Source of the DNA: Moraxella nasovis | GTDB lineage: Bacteria > Pseudomonadota > Gammaproteobacteria > Pseudomonadales > Moraxellaceae | Length of the DNA stretch: 32,000 bases | Direction: 5' to 3' | NCBI RefSeq assembly: GCF_022701215.1 | Contig: NZ_CP089976.1 | Span: 1,500,001 to 1,532,000, forward strand | Part shown: positions 23,775 through 32,000 of the stretch, piece by piece | Numbering within the stretch: the first letter of the stretch is position 1 | How the letters are laid out: every line of letters starts with the position of its first letter | Program-made: the position numbers and the translations under genes | Notes under the pieces: model-generated | What the model was told of the DNA's origin: nothing | What the model saw: only the letters and a program-made list of their open reading frames with translations | The model's database searches: none

Positions 23775-25079
23775 TCATGAGCGGTTTTTGCGTGGGTTGT
23801 GGTCGGTGTCGTCTGATGTCTTTTCACCGATGACGATTTTATCGCCAACGCTCAATCCAGATTTTATCTCGGCATTGATGCGGTTATTTAGACCGACTTC
23901 TACTGGCACGGCTTTGGCTTGTCCATCTGTCCCAATGACACGCACGCTGTATTTGCCGTTTTCATTGACAAGAGCAGATGATGGTATGGTCAAGACGTTC
24001 TGAACACGGTCTTTGATGATGGCAACTTGGGTGGTCATGTTGATTCTAAATTTGCGTTCGTTATTATCCACGTCCAGATAGCCAATATAATATACCGCAC
24101 CGCCATCATTGGATTGTGATTCTGGCTCTATGCCTGTCAAGGTGGCATTGTATTGTGTGTCTGGCTCGCCGATGATGCTAAACTTGGCAGGCATACCCAC
24201 TTTGACATGAATCACGTCCGCTTCGGAGATTTGTACTTTGATGCGTATTTTGCTCAAATCCGTGATGGTAACGATGGTGGGGGCGGACTGATTGGCATTG
24301 ACGGTGGTGCCTTCTTCTTGGTTGATGTGGCTGACCATGCCGTCCATCGGTGCAACAATGGTGGTGTGGTTTAGATTTTCTTGGGAAGTAGATAGCTCAT
24401 TTTTGGCTTTATTGATGTTCGCCTGCTGGCTTTTGATGCTGGCGTGGGCGGTCGCCACGTCATTTTTGGCGTTTTGGATATTGGCGTGGGCAATCTCCAC
24501 ATTCGCCTGTGCCACTTCTAAGGCAATTTTGGCATCGTCATAATCTTGACGGCTCACGGCATCAATCTTGACAAGATGATTCATGCGATCAAAAAACTGC
24601 TTGGCTTTGTTTAGTTCGCTAAGTCTTGCCTTTAAGGTAGCTTCTTGGCTTGCCACCGTCCCTTGACTGCTTGCCAGACTTGCTGTCGCTTGGGCAAGAC
24701 CTGCTTGGGCTTGTTCTAAGGTTGCCTTGGCATTGGATAGGGCGTTTTTTTGTTCCACTTGGCTGATTTGGGCAATTAAGTCGCCTTTTTTGACTTCATC
24801 GCCTACTTTGACATACAGCTTGATGACACGCCCTGAGACTTCTGAGCCGACATCTACGCTTTGGATTGGCTTGACTTTGCCTGATGCCATGACCGTGCTT
24901 TCAATGTCGCCCATCACAGCGTCAGCGGTCAGGTAGGACGGCGGTGTGGGTTTGGGTTTCAAAAAGGCATAAGCGATGGCAACAAGGGCCAAGACAGCGA
25001 TGGTAATCATTGCCCATTTTGGCAAACGTGGCGATGATTTGGGTTTGTTATGTTTGGTTGATTTATTTTTGGTAAGCAT
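23775..25079 (-). CDS. macA: MacA periplasmic adaptor (HlyD/RND-MFP family)
   Basis: N-terminal TM anchor, long coiled-coil hairpin and beta-barrel regions. It lies immediately upstream of macB. Confidence 0.82.
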   Translation of the reverse strand: MLTKNKSTKHNKPKSSPRLPKWAMITIAVLALVAIAYAFLKPKPTPPSYLTADAVMGDIESTVMASGKVKPIQSVDVGSEVSGRVIKLYVKVGDEVKKGDLIAQISQVEQKNALSNAKATLEQAQAGLAQATASLASSQGTVASQEATLKARLSELNKAKQFFDRMNHLVKIDAVSRQDYDDAKIALEVAQANVEIAHANIQNAKNDVATAHASIKSQQANINKAKNELSTSQENLNHTTIVAPMDGMVSHINQEEGTTVNANQSAPTIVTITDLSKIRIKVQISEADVIHVKVGMPAKFSIIGEPDTQYNATLTGIEPESQSNDGGAVYYIGYLDVDNNERKFRINMTTQVAIIKDRVQNVLTIPSSALVNENGKYSVRVIGTDGQAKAVPVEVGLNNRINAEIKSGLSVGDKIVIGEKTSDDTDHNPRKNRS

Positions 25080-25230
25080 AGTAAATATAATGAGTTGTTA
25101 GAATAAAATGGAGTGTACTAAACCTTTATAACATAACACTTTTTATAAAAGAAAAATAAAGTGCTTTGAAGTGCTTTGCGTGAAAATAGCTATCTGACCA
25201 CTTACTCATTAAGAATTAAGTGGTCGGATG

Positions 25231-25307
25231 TTTTTTCTTAAAAAAAACATGCAATTACCCTAATTTTTAATGGGTATTTTTCATTGCAACTATAAAAGCA
25301 GGTGCAC
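25231..25307 (+). repeat. Right-half copy of a small interspersed (MITE-like) repeat
   Basis: About 80 nt aligns by eye with 29908-29987 (..gcaattaccct.atttttaatggg.atttttcattgcaa..aaaag.ag..). Confidence 0.6.
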
Positions 25308-25443
25308 TTTGGTTATTTTAGCAAAAATTTTATAAAAAATGTTGTTATAAAATAACTATAATATAAGAGCTTATGGGAAGAGGTATTATCACGTTATAAT
25401 TTATTATCACGTCATAATAAAGATACAAGCGTTTGTATATAAA

Positions 25444-26445
25444 CTACGCTTTGTTCATCAAATCAATTTTGCACACCGCCAAGCACAGTTTTTTAAGCCC
25501 ATGCCACACATCATCATCAGATACGCCCTTAATCATTTTATCAAGTTCATATACTTGGCTAAGCCATTGCTCGCTTCGCCCTTGACTGCGGTGGGCAGTA
25601 TTTATATAAAGGTGGGTTTTGTTTGACCAAATGCCAAGCTCGCTAGGGTTTTTGCCTGCTTGGATTTGTAAAATGAGCCGTATGTCTTTGGCAATCGCCC
25701 ACAGCACAAGGCTTGGGGCGGTGTCGGTGTTTTTTAGATGAGTTAGGATTTGTAAGGTTTTGGTGGCATGGCCACCAATAACTGCGTCTGATAGGTTAAA
25801 TACGCTAAATTCAGCACCATCTATTAGGCAGTCCATCAGCACCTGTGCATCAATGACGGCGGTATCTGATAAGGATAAACGCCACAGATTTTGATATGCC
25901 ACGAGAAGATTTTGTTCAGTGTGCGTCATCAGCAGTTGCCACGCATCAGGCGTAAGCGAAATATTTAAGCGGTCTGCTTGTAGCCTTAACAATTCGCCAC
26001 GCATTTTTTCATCATATAGATTGCCATCAATCAGCAATCCGACTTGATCAAATAGTTTTAAGGATTTTGTGCTAAGAGATTTCTTATCTTGCTTTTGGCT
26101 GTGCCATAGCAGATGGTGGGGGGTGTCTTTGGCGATGTGCGTTAAGGTGTCAATCGCCTGTTTGTCAGGCTTGTGATTGCCTGATACGATGATGGCACTC
26201 GTGTCGCCAAACAAGCTGAGCGTGTCAAGTTCATTGATGACATCGCTCCATGATTTGGCAGATGACAGCTCAATGCGTTTGATGGTCTGGTCATGCACCT
26301 GCCAAATAGGGCGGCAAGCGTCAATGAGCCACTGGCTGATTAACGGCTCATCTGAATGTATGAACCAAAACCCCTGCAAGGGCTGATGATGAGCAGGGTT
26401 GGTGCTGTGTAGCTGTTTGAATAAAGAGATGAAACGTTGCTGCAT
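25444..26445 (-). CDS. holA: DNA polymerase III subunit delta
   Basis: 333 aa in the conserved leuS-lptE-holA order. It has a holA-like central region (FSVFNLSDAVIGGHATKTLQIL..LVLWAIAKDIRL). Confidence 0.78.
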   Translation of the reverse strand: MQQRFISLFKQLHSTNPAHHQPLQGFWFIHSDEPLISQWLIDACRPIWQVHDQTIKRIELSSAKSWSDVINELDTLSLFGDTSAIIVSGNHKPDKQAIDTLTHIAKDTPHHLLWHSQKQDKKSLSTKSLKLFDQVGLLIDGNLYDEKMRGELLRLQADRLNISLTPDAWQLLMTHTEQNLLVAYQNLWRLSLSDTAVIDAQVLMDCLIDGAEFSVFNLSDAVIGGHATKTLQILTHLKNTDTAPSLVLWAIAKDIRLILQIQAGKNPSELGIWSNKTHLYINTAHRSQGRSEQWLSQVYELDKMIKGVSDDDVWHGLKKLCLAVCKIDLMNKA

Positions 26446-26954
26446 TAAGAGTTCTTTTTTGGATAATTTATTCTGGCATAATACTGCTCGGCAATACGCT
26501 CGGCAAGTCGCTCATATAGCCAAGTTTTGGTTTTCTCGCCTTGTTGGTCAAGGGTTATGACACTCGCTTCGTTGTACTGATAGCTTTGTTCAACTTGTAT
26601 GGGGGTGCGGTAAGTCGCCTTGTCTATGGTGTAGCTGACATCTGCCATCAGCACCAGACGCACTTCGGTCAAGGTACCTACCAAATCATAGCGATGTAGG
26701 CGGACGTTGCTTATCTTGATGGTGTTATTAGATTCTGAATGCTCTTTGATGCCAAGCAGTTGTAGGTGCTTGGCTAGGGGCTTATTTAGAGCCAAAGCGA
26801 GCGGATTGTTCTGATTGTCTTCTAGTACAACCGCTGTGCTTGGATTGGTGGGGGTGATGACATGGTGATGATTGCTACCACGCAGGGTAAAGCCACAAGC
26901 ACTTAGGCTTGTCGCTAATACCACTAGGGCGAGTGTTAGGGGTTTTTTTGTCAT
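26445..26954 (-). CDS. lptE: LPS-assembly lipoprotein LptE
   Basis: Lipobox LSAC-GF, 169 aa, located between leuS and holA. Confidence 0.78.
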   Translation of the reverse strand: MTKKPLTLALVVLATSLSACGFTLRGSNHHHVITPTNPSTAVVLEDNQNNPLALALNKPLAKHLQLLGIKEHSESNNTIKISNVRLHRYDLVGTLTEVRLVLMADVSYTIDKATYRTPIQVEQSYQYNEASVITLDQQGEKTKTWLYERLAERIAEQYYARINYPKKNS

Positions 26955-26957
26955 ATG

Positions 26958-29567
26958 TTAACCTGCAACCACAAAACTGACCAGTTTGTTTGGCACAACG
27001 ATGGCTTTTTTGATGTCGCCTGTCAAGAACTTATCCACACCCTCTGCTTGTTTGGCAAGTAAAATCAGCGTGTCATTATCTAGCCCTGTTGCCACGTCCA
27101 TTTTGCCACGTACCTTACCATTGACTTGCACCACCATGGTGATGGTTTCGTTCGTCAATGCGTCTTCGTCTAGGCTTGGAAATGCGATGTTTTGGCTATC
27201 AAAACCAAGCTGTTCTAATAGATACTCACCAACGTGTGGGGCATATAATGACAGCATGGATAGTAGGGCAATCAAGGCTTCGTGCTTGACGGTCAAATCA
27301 TCAGCACACGCCACATCAAAGGCGAAAATCTCATTGGCAAGCTCCATCAAAGATGACACAGGGGTGTTCAATGCCAAATGTTCGCCAAGACTGACATCAA
27401 TTTTGGCAATCGTCTCGTGGGTTTTACGGCGTAAATCTTTGGCGGTTTTTGATAGAGTTGCCGTATCGATATTACTAACATCAAGAGCCGTTTTTTCCAC
27501 ACCTTGAATATTCGCCAAGTGTTCGCTTGCGATTCGCCATACTTTTTTGACAAAATTATGCGGACCCTTTAAGGCGGCATCCGACCATTCAAGCGTCTGG
27601 TCAGCAGGGGCGGTAAATAGGGTGTATAAACGCACGGTATCAGCACCGTATTCATTGATGATTGTTTGGGGGTCAATGCCGTTATTTTTGGATTTGCTCA
27701 TTTTCTCAATTTTGCCAATGACCACAGGCAGACCATCGGCGATTAACGTGGCTTTATCGCCATTGACGGACACTTCATGTGGAAAATAATAGGTCTTTGA
27801 GCCATCAAGGTTTTCACGATAAAACGTCCCTGCCAAGACCATGCCTTGGGCAAGTAGGTTGGTAAAGGGTTCATCGCCACTGACCAAGCCTTCATCACGC
27901 ATCACTTTATGGAAAAAGCGTGCGTACAATAAATGCAGTACCGCATGCTCAACACCGCCCACATATTGATCAACCGCAAGCCACTTGTCAGCACCAGCAC
28001 GACCGACCATCTGCTTGTCGTTGTGGGGCGTGGTGAAACGCTGAGCATACCAACTGCTCTCCACAAAAGTATCAAAGGTGTCGGTCTCACGCTCGGCAGG
28101 CTGACCGCATTTGGGGCAGGTGCAGTTGATAAATTCTGGCATATTTTTTAGTGGATTACCACGCCCATCAGGGACGACATCGGTGGGCAGTACCACAGGC
28201 AAATCTGACTCATTCACAGGCACGGTGCCACAGTATTCGCAGTTAATCATCGGAATCGGACAGCCCCAATACCGCTGACGAGACACCCCCCAATCACGCA
28301 GGCGATATTGGGTGGTGATTTTACCTTTATCGCCAAGCAGTTCGGCAATCTTGGTGGTGGCCTCACCTTTATTTAGACCATCAAGTACGCCAGAGTGGAT
28401 ACAAACGCCATTTTCTTTGTCGGCATACCAATCTTGCCAAGCGGTATCATCATAGCTTTGTCCTTGTATATCAATGACTTGCTTGATGGGTAACTGATAT
28501 TTTTTGGCAAATTCAAAATCACGCTCATCATGAGCAGGTACTGCCATCACCGCCCCAGAACCATAACTCATCAGCACATAATTAGCCACCCAAATCGGCA
28601 CAGCTTCCCCTGTGATGGGGTGCTTGGCAGTCAGACCTGTATCCATGCCTACTTTTTCGGCTTTGGCAAGGTCTGCTTCTGCCACAGAGCCTTGCTTGCA
28701 TTGTGTGCAAAATTGAGCGATGGCTTCGTTGTGGCGAGCGGCGTATTGAGCCAGTGGGTGTTCGGCGGCGACCGCCAAATAAGTAACGCCCAAAAGCGTG
28801 TCAGGGCGAGTGGTGAAGACGTTGAGTTCATCTGTTTGACCGTCAAGCTCATAGTCAAATGCCACTTCCATGCCATAGCTTTTGCCAATCCAGTTATTTT
28901 GCATGGACAGCACTTGCTTGGGCCATTTGCCTTCTAGGGTGTGTAGGTCATTAAGGAGTTCATCGGCATAATCGGTGATTTTAAAATAATACATCGGAAT
29001 ATCACGTTTTTCTACCAATGCCCCAGAACGCCAACCACGACCGTCCACGACCTGCTCATTGGCAAGCACGGTATTATCCACAGGATCCCAGTTTACGGTG
29101 GCAAGTTTTTTGTAGACCAAGCCTTTTTTGTATAATTGCAAAAACAGCCATTGCTCCCACTGGTAATATTCTGGCGTGCAAGTGGCAAATTCACGAGACC
29201 AGTCAATGGACAATCCAAGCGATTTGAGCTGTTCGCGCATATTGGCGATGTTGGCAAAAGTCCATTTGGCAGGGGCGACGTTGTTGGCGATGGCGGCATT
29301 TTCAGCAGGCAGACCAAAAGCGTCCCAACCCATCGGTTGCATGACATCATAGCCTTTTTGGCGATAATAACGGCTCAACACGTCCGTGATGGCGTAGTTG
29401 CGGACATGACCCATGTGCAGTTTTCCGCTAGGATAAGGAAACATGGAGAGCATATAACGTGTCGGCTTGCCGTTGTCGTTATTGTTGGTGTGGTAGCGTT
29501 TGTCGGTGTCCCATTTGGCTTGTTGGGCAGATTCTAAGGTGTGAAAATTGTACTCTGGTAGGCTCAT
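26958..29567 (-). CDS. leuS: Leucine--tRNA ligase
   Basis: 869 aa with the HIGH motif ([13 protein letters not shown]) and the KMSKS motif. Confidence 0.95.
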   Translation of the reverse strand: MSLPEYNFHTLESAQQAKWDTDKRYHTNNNDNGKPTRYMLSMFPYPSGKLHMGHVRNYAITDVLSRYYRQKGYDVMQPMGWDAFGLPAENAAIANNVAPAKWTFANIANMREQLKSLGLSIDWSREFATCTPEYYQWEQWLFLQLYKKGLVYKKLATVNWDPVDNTVLANEQVVDGRGWRSGALVEKRDIPMYYFKITDYADELLNDLHTLEGKWPKQVLSMQNNWIGKSYGMEVAFDYELDGQTDELNVFTTRPDTLLGVTYLAVAAEHPLAQYAARHNEAIAQFCTQCKQGSVAEADLAKAEKVGMDTGLTAKHPITGEAVPIWVANYVLMSYGSGAVMAVPAHDERDFEFAKKYQLPIKQVIDIQGQSYDDTAWQDWYADKENGVCIHSGVLDGLNKGEATTKIAELLGDKGKITTQYRLRDWGVSRQRYWGCPIPMINCEYCGTVPVNESDLPVVLPTDVVPDGRGNPLKNMPEFINCTCPKCGQPAERETDTFDTFVESSWYAQRFTTPHNDKQMVGRAGADKWLAVDQYVGGVEHAVLHLLYARFFHKVMRDEGLVSGDEPFTNLLAQGMVLAGTFYRENLDGSKTYYFPHEVSVNGDKATLIADGLPVVIGKIEKMSKSKNNGIDPQTIINEYGADTVRLYTLFTAPADQTLEWSDAALKGPHNFVKKVWRIASEHLANIQGVEKTALDVSNIDTATLSKTAKDLRRKTHETIAKIDVSLGEHLALNTPVSSLMELANEIFAFDVACADDLTVKHEALIALLSMLSLYAPHVGEYLLEQLGFDSQNIAFPSLDEDALTNETITMVVQVNGKVRGKMDVATGLDNDTLILLAKQAEGVDKFLTGDIKKAIVVPNKLVSFVVAG

Positions 29568-29793
29568 GATAATAACTCAAATGATAAACTAAAATCGCAA
29601 TGAAAATATAAAAGATGGCTTGGTATTATACCTAATTTTTGTTGGGGCGTGTTAAACTTTTATATGTCATATATCAGGACGTGTCTGCTCTTTATCACAC
29701 TTTTGCAATTAAAAATCATTTAATAATATGCCTTAGCCGTAAATGTGATGGTTTTGAATTTGGTAAAAATTTCAAAATAAAAATGCTATAATT

Positions 29794-29988
29794 GGGGCGT
29801 GCCTGCCCTTTGTAACACTTCTTACAAAATAAAAAATTATTTGATAATTATTTTGGGTGTTTCTCTTCGTCAAAAACCTTAACCGATATAATAAGTATCG
29901 CTTGTAAGTTTTTTCCTTGAAAAACGTGCGATTACCCTTATTTTTAATGGGCATTTTTCATTGCAAATACAAAAGGCAGACACGCCCT
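29794..29988 (+). repeat. MITE-like element with ~17-bp imperfect terminal inverted repeats
   Basis: The left end gggcgtgcctgcccttt matches the reverse complement of the right end gggcgtgtctgcctttt at 15/17. An extra left-half copy lies at 29677-29727 and a right-half copy at 25231-25307. Confidence 0.55.
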
Positions 29989-30049
29989 AAGCATATTTTA
30001 ATTTGTAGGTTTTAATTTTGATAAATTTAGGTTTAAATAGGAGCGTGCT

Positions 30050-30418
30050 ATGCTGACGATTTATGGCATAAAAAACTGTAACACCATGAAAAAAGCCTTT
30101 GATTTTTTGAATGCACATGGGGTGGCTTATGAGTTTTTTGATTATAAAAAACAAGTTTTATCACAAGATAAGTTTGATGATTTTGTACAAATTTTTGGCA
30201 GTCAAGTGATTAACAAACAAGGCACAACCTACCGCAAATTTGATGATAACACCAAAGCGACACTTGAAACTTGCAACACCTCCGCCATGTATGAGATTAT
30301 CAAGGATAATCCAAGCGTATTAAAGCGTCCGATTGTATTGGGCAAAATTGGCAATGCTGATGTGGCACTCATTGGATTTGATGAACAAAAATACACACAG
30401 ACATTCACGCAAAGTTAA
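30050..30418 (+). CDS. ArsC/Spx-family protein (YffB-like)
   Basis: MLTIYGIKNCNTMKKA.. is the N-terminal signature of the ArsC/YffB family. 122 aa, with the SD aggag. Confidence 0.8.
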   Translation: MLTIYGIKNCNTMKKAFDFLNAHGVAYEFFDYKKQVLSQDKFDDFVQIFGSQVINKQGTTYRKFDDNTKATLETCNTSAMYEIIKDNPSVLKRPIVLGKIGNADVALIGFDEQKYTQTFTQS

Positions 30419-30738
30419 GCATAAAGTCAAACACAAAGTCAAACATAACATCAAAGTCTAAGGGCAGATAAATGATGTGATTTGGCTTTTGTTTCTTTCG
30501 TTAGTCATTTATAAGATATGTTTTTCTTATGTAAATTTACTTGCAAATCCCTAACTTTTATTGCAGAATAAAGTACCCAATCGTTGATGATTCGGATTTT
30601 TGGATATTGATTGACCAAATCTGAATTTTTGATATTTGTAAGTCAATCAAGACTAGCTAGGATAACCGATCGTTAACTTTGGGTAAATTTTGACAGCTGT
30701 TAATCAGTTCGTTGTTTATTATTTTTAAGGAAAATGAT

Positions 30739-31494
30739 ATGAAATTATCACAATCAAGTCTATCTGTGGCGGTGTTATCTACGGCAGTTTTGGCATTGAC
30801 AGCGTGTAGTAGTGGCGGTCATAGCTCTTCTACTACCGTTACTAAAACCACAACCGTACCAAGCACCATCACAGGTGTCAATACCACCCCTACCAAGGCG
30901 GACGCAGCACAGTCAAACACTGCAAATAACCCAACTACTGCCAAATTTCAAGGCGGCAGCTACGTCGTTCAAGGCAAATCAGTAACATCAAAAACCTTAG
31001 GTACTGATGACATCAACAACTTAGTGATTGATGGCAAAAGCTTTCCGATTGCCTTTTCTGGTATCAATGCAGGTGGTTTCACCAATATTAATGGCGATAT
31101 CACAAGTGGCAACCATGTAAGTCATGTTAAATATGGCGTCAAAAATGATTCAGGCAAAAAATACTATTTCTATCAAGGTCAGCGTACTACCAATATGCCA
31201 ACCACTGGCATAGCTACCTATAAAGGTCGTGCGGTAGTGGGTAATGGTAGTGATGGTACTTCTAATTTCACAGTAAACTTTGCCGATAAAACCTTAGCGG
31301 GCGTCATTACAGATAAGAGCTTGACTGGCGGTAGCTTGGCATTGTCAGCCAACATCAAGGGTAATACTTTTGCTGGCAACAAAAATGGCGTACAGACCGA
31401 AGGTGCGTTCTTTGGTGATAATGCCGCAGAATTGGCAGGCATCTATCAAGGCAAGGGTGCGATTGGTGCTTTTGGGGCGAAAAAATCTCAATAA
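30739..31494 (+). CDS. Surface lipoprotein with a TbpB-like beta-barrel (handle) domain
   Basis: Lipobox LTAC-SSGG. The C-terminus ATYKGRAVG..FTVNFADKTLAGVI..GNTFAG..GAFFGDNAAELAGIY is typical of TbpB/fHbp-like, Slam-dependent lipoproteins. The start is set at ATG 30739, which has the SD aagga. Confidence 0.75.
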   Translation: MKLSQSSLSVAVLSTAVLALTACSSGGHSSSTTVTKTTTVPSTITGVNTTPTKADAAQSNTANNPTTAKFQGGSYVVQGKSVTSKTLGTDDINNLVIDGKSFPIAFSGINAGGFTNINGDITSGNHVSHVKYGVKNDSGKKYYFYQGQRTTNMPTTGIATYKGRAVVGNGSDGTSNFTVNFADKTLAGVITDKSLTGGSLALSANIKGNTFAGNKNGVQTEGAFFGDNAAELAGIYQGKGAIGAFGAKKSQ

Positions 31495-31522
31495 ACCCAT
31501 TTAAGCTAAACTAGCCATAAAC

Positions 31523-31556
31523 AAAAAAACAGTCTGTCATCAGGCTGTTTTTTGTT
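31523..31556. terminator. Bidirectional rho-independent terminator between the convergent lipoprotein and argB genes
   Basis: aacagtctg-tcat-caggctgtt hairpin, flanked by an A-run and a T-run. Confidence 0.7.
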
Positions 31557-31634
31557 TTGGTTCAATGACAAATGGCAAGTAGTTGAATGATGAAATTAAC
31601 TCATCAGTCTTTTAAAACCATCTATTTTTTAAAA

Positions 31635-32000
<366 letters not shown>

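Noticed and set aside
26986-29537. Long plus-strand ORFs inside leuS (26986-27507, 28530-28937, 29136-29537), and similar ones antisense to macB, macA and the WS/DGAT gene.
   Set aside because: They are antisense shadow ORFs of strongly supported genes, with no start signals or recognisable motifs.

Overview
The window looks like a Moraxellaceae-type chromosome segment, probably Moraxella-like; this is inferred only from gene content and the AT-rich composition. Core genes are a WS/DGAT wax-ester synthase, thiG, a tRNA-His/Arg/Pro operon, a rhodanese, tag, a DUF4105-like membrane protein, a YddA-like ABC transporter, a tRNA-Asn/Lys/Lys cluster, macAB, holA-lptE-leuS, an ArsC/YffB-family protein, a TbpB-like surface lipoprotein and argB (partial). 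An ~11.9 kb integrative island (about 4230-16128) lies between thiG and tRNA-His. It is delimited by an 82-bp direct repeat and carries a P4-type tyrosine integrase, AlpA, a winged-HTH protein, six small unknown ORFs, and a split primase (CHC2 zinc finger plus Toprim/DUF3987 NTPase). It also carries a Doc toxin with a 44-aa partner, a 267-aa unknown cargo protein and a small-peptide/RHH module. A ~1 kb decayed tandem copy of the same island family precedes it (about 3150-4229) and holds an integrase pseudogene, a truncated doc and orphan antitoxin genes. The most unusual feature is the island's non-coding architecture, which makes up ~29% of the island. First, a mosaic 150-280 bp G/T-rich element occurs in five direct copies plus one inverted partial copy, mostly at module boundaries. 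Its conserved hairpin box is also embedded in frame in both primase genes. Second, a ~275-bp iteron-rich inverted repeat pair brackets 8.5 kb of the island. Third, an AT-rich block with an alternating CG core is flanked by inverted element arms. I propose these as replication or regulatory architecture of a satellite-like element, and this is inference. No CRISPR array, rRNA or recognisable transposase was seen.
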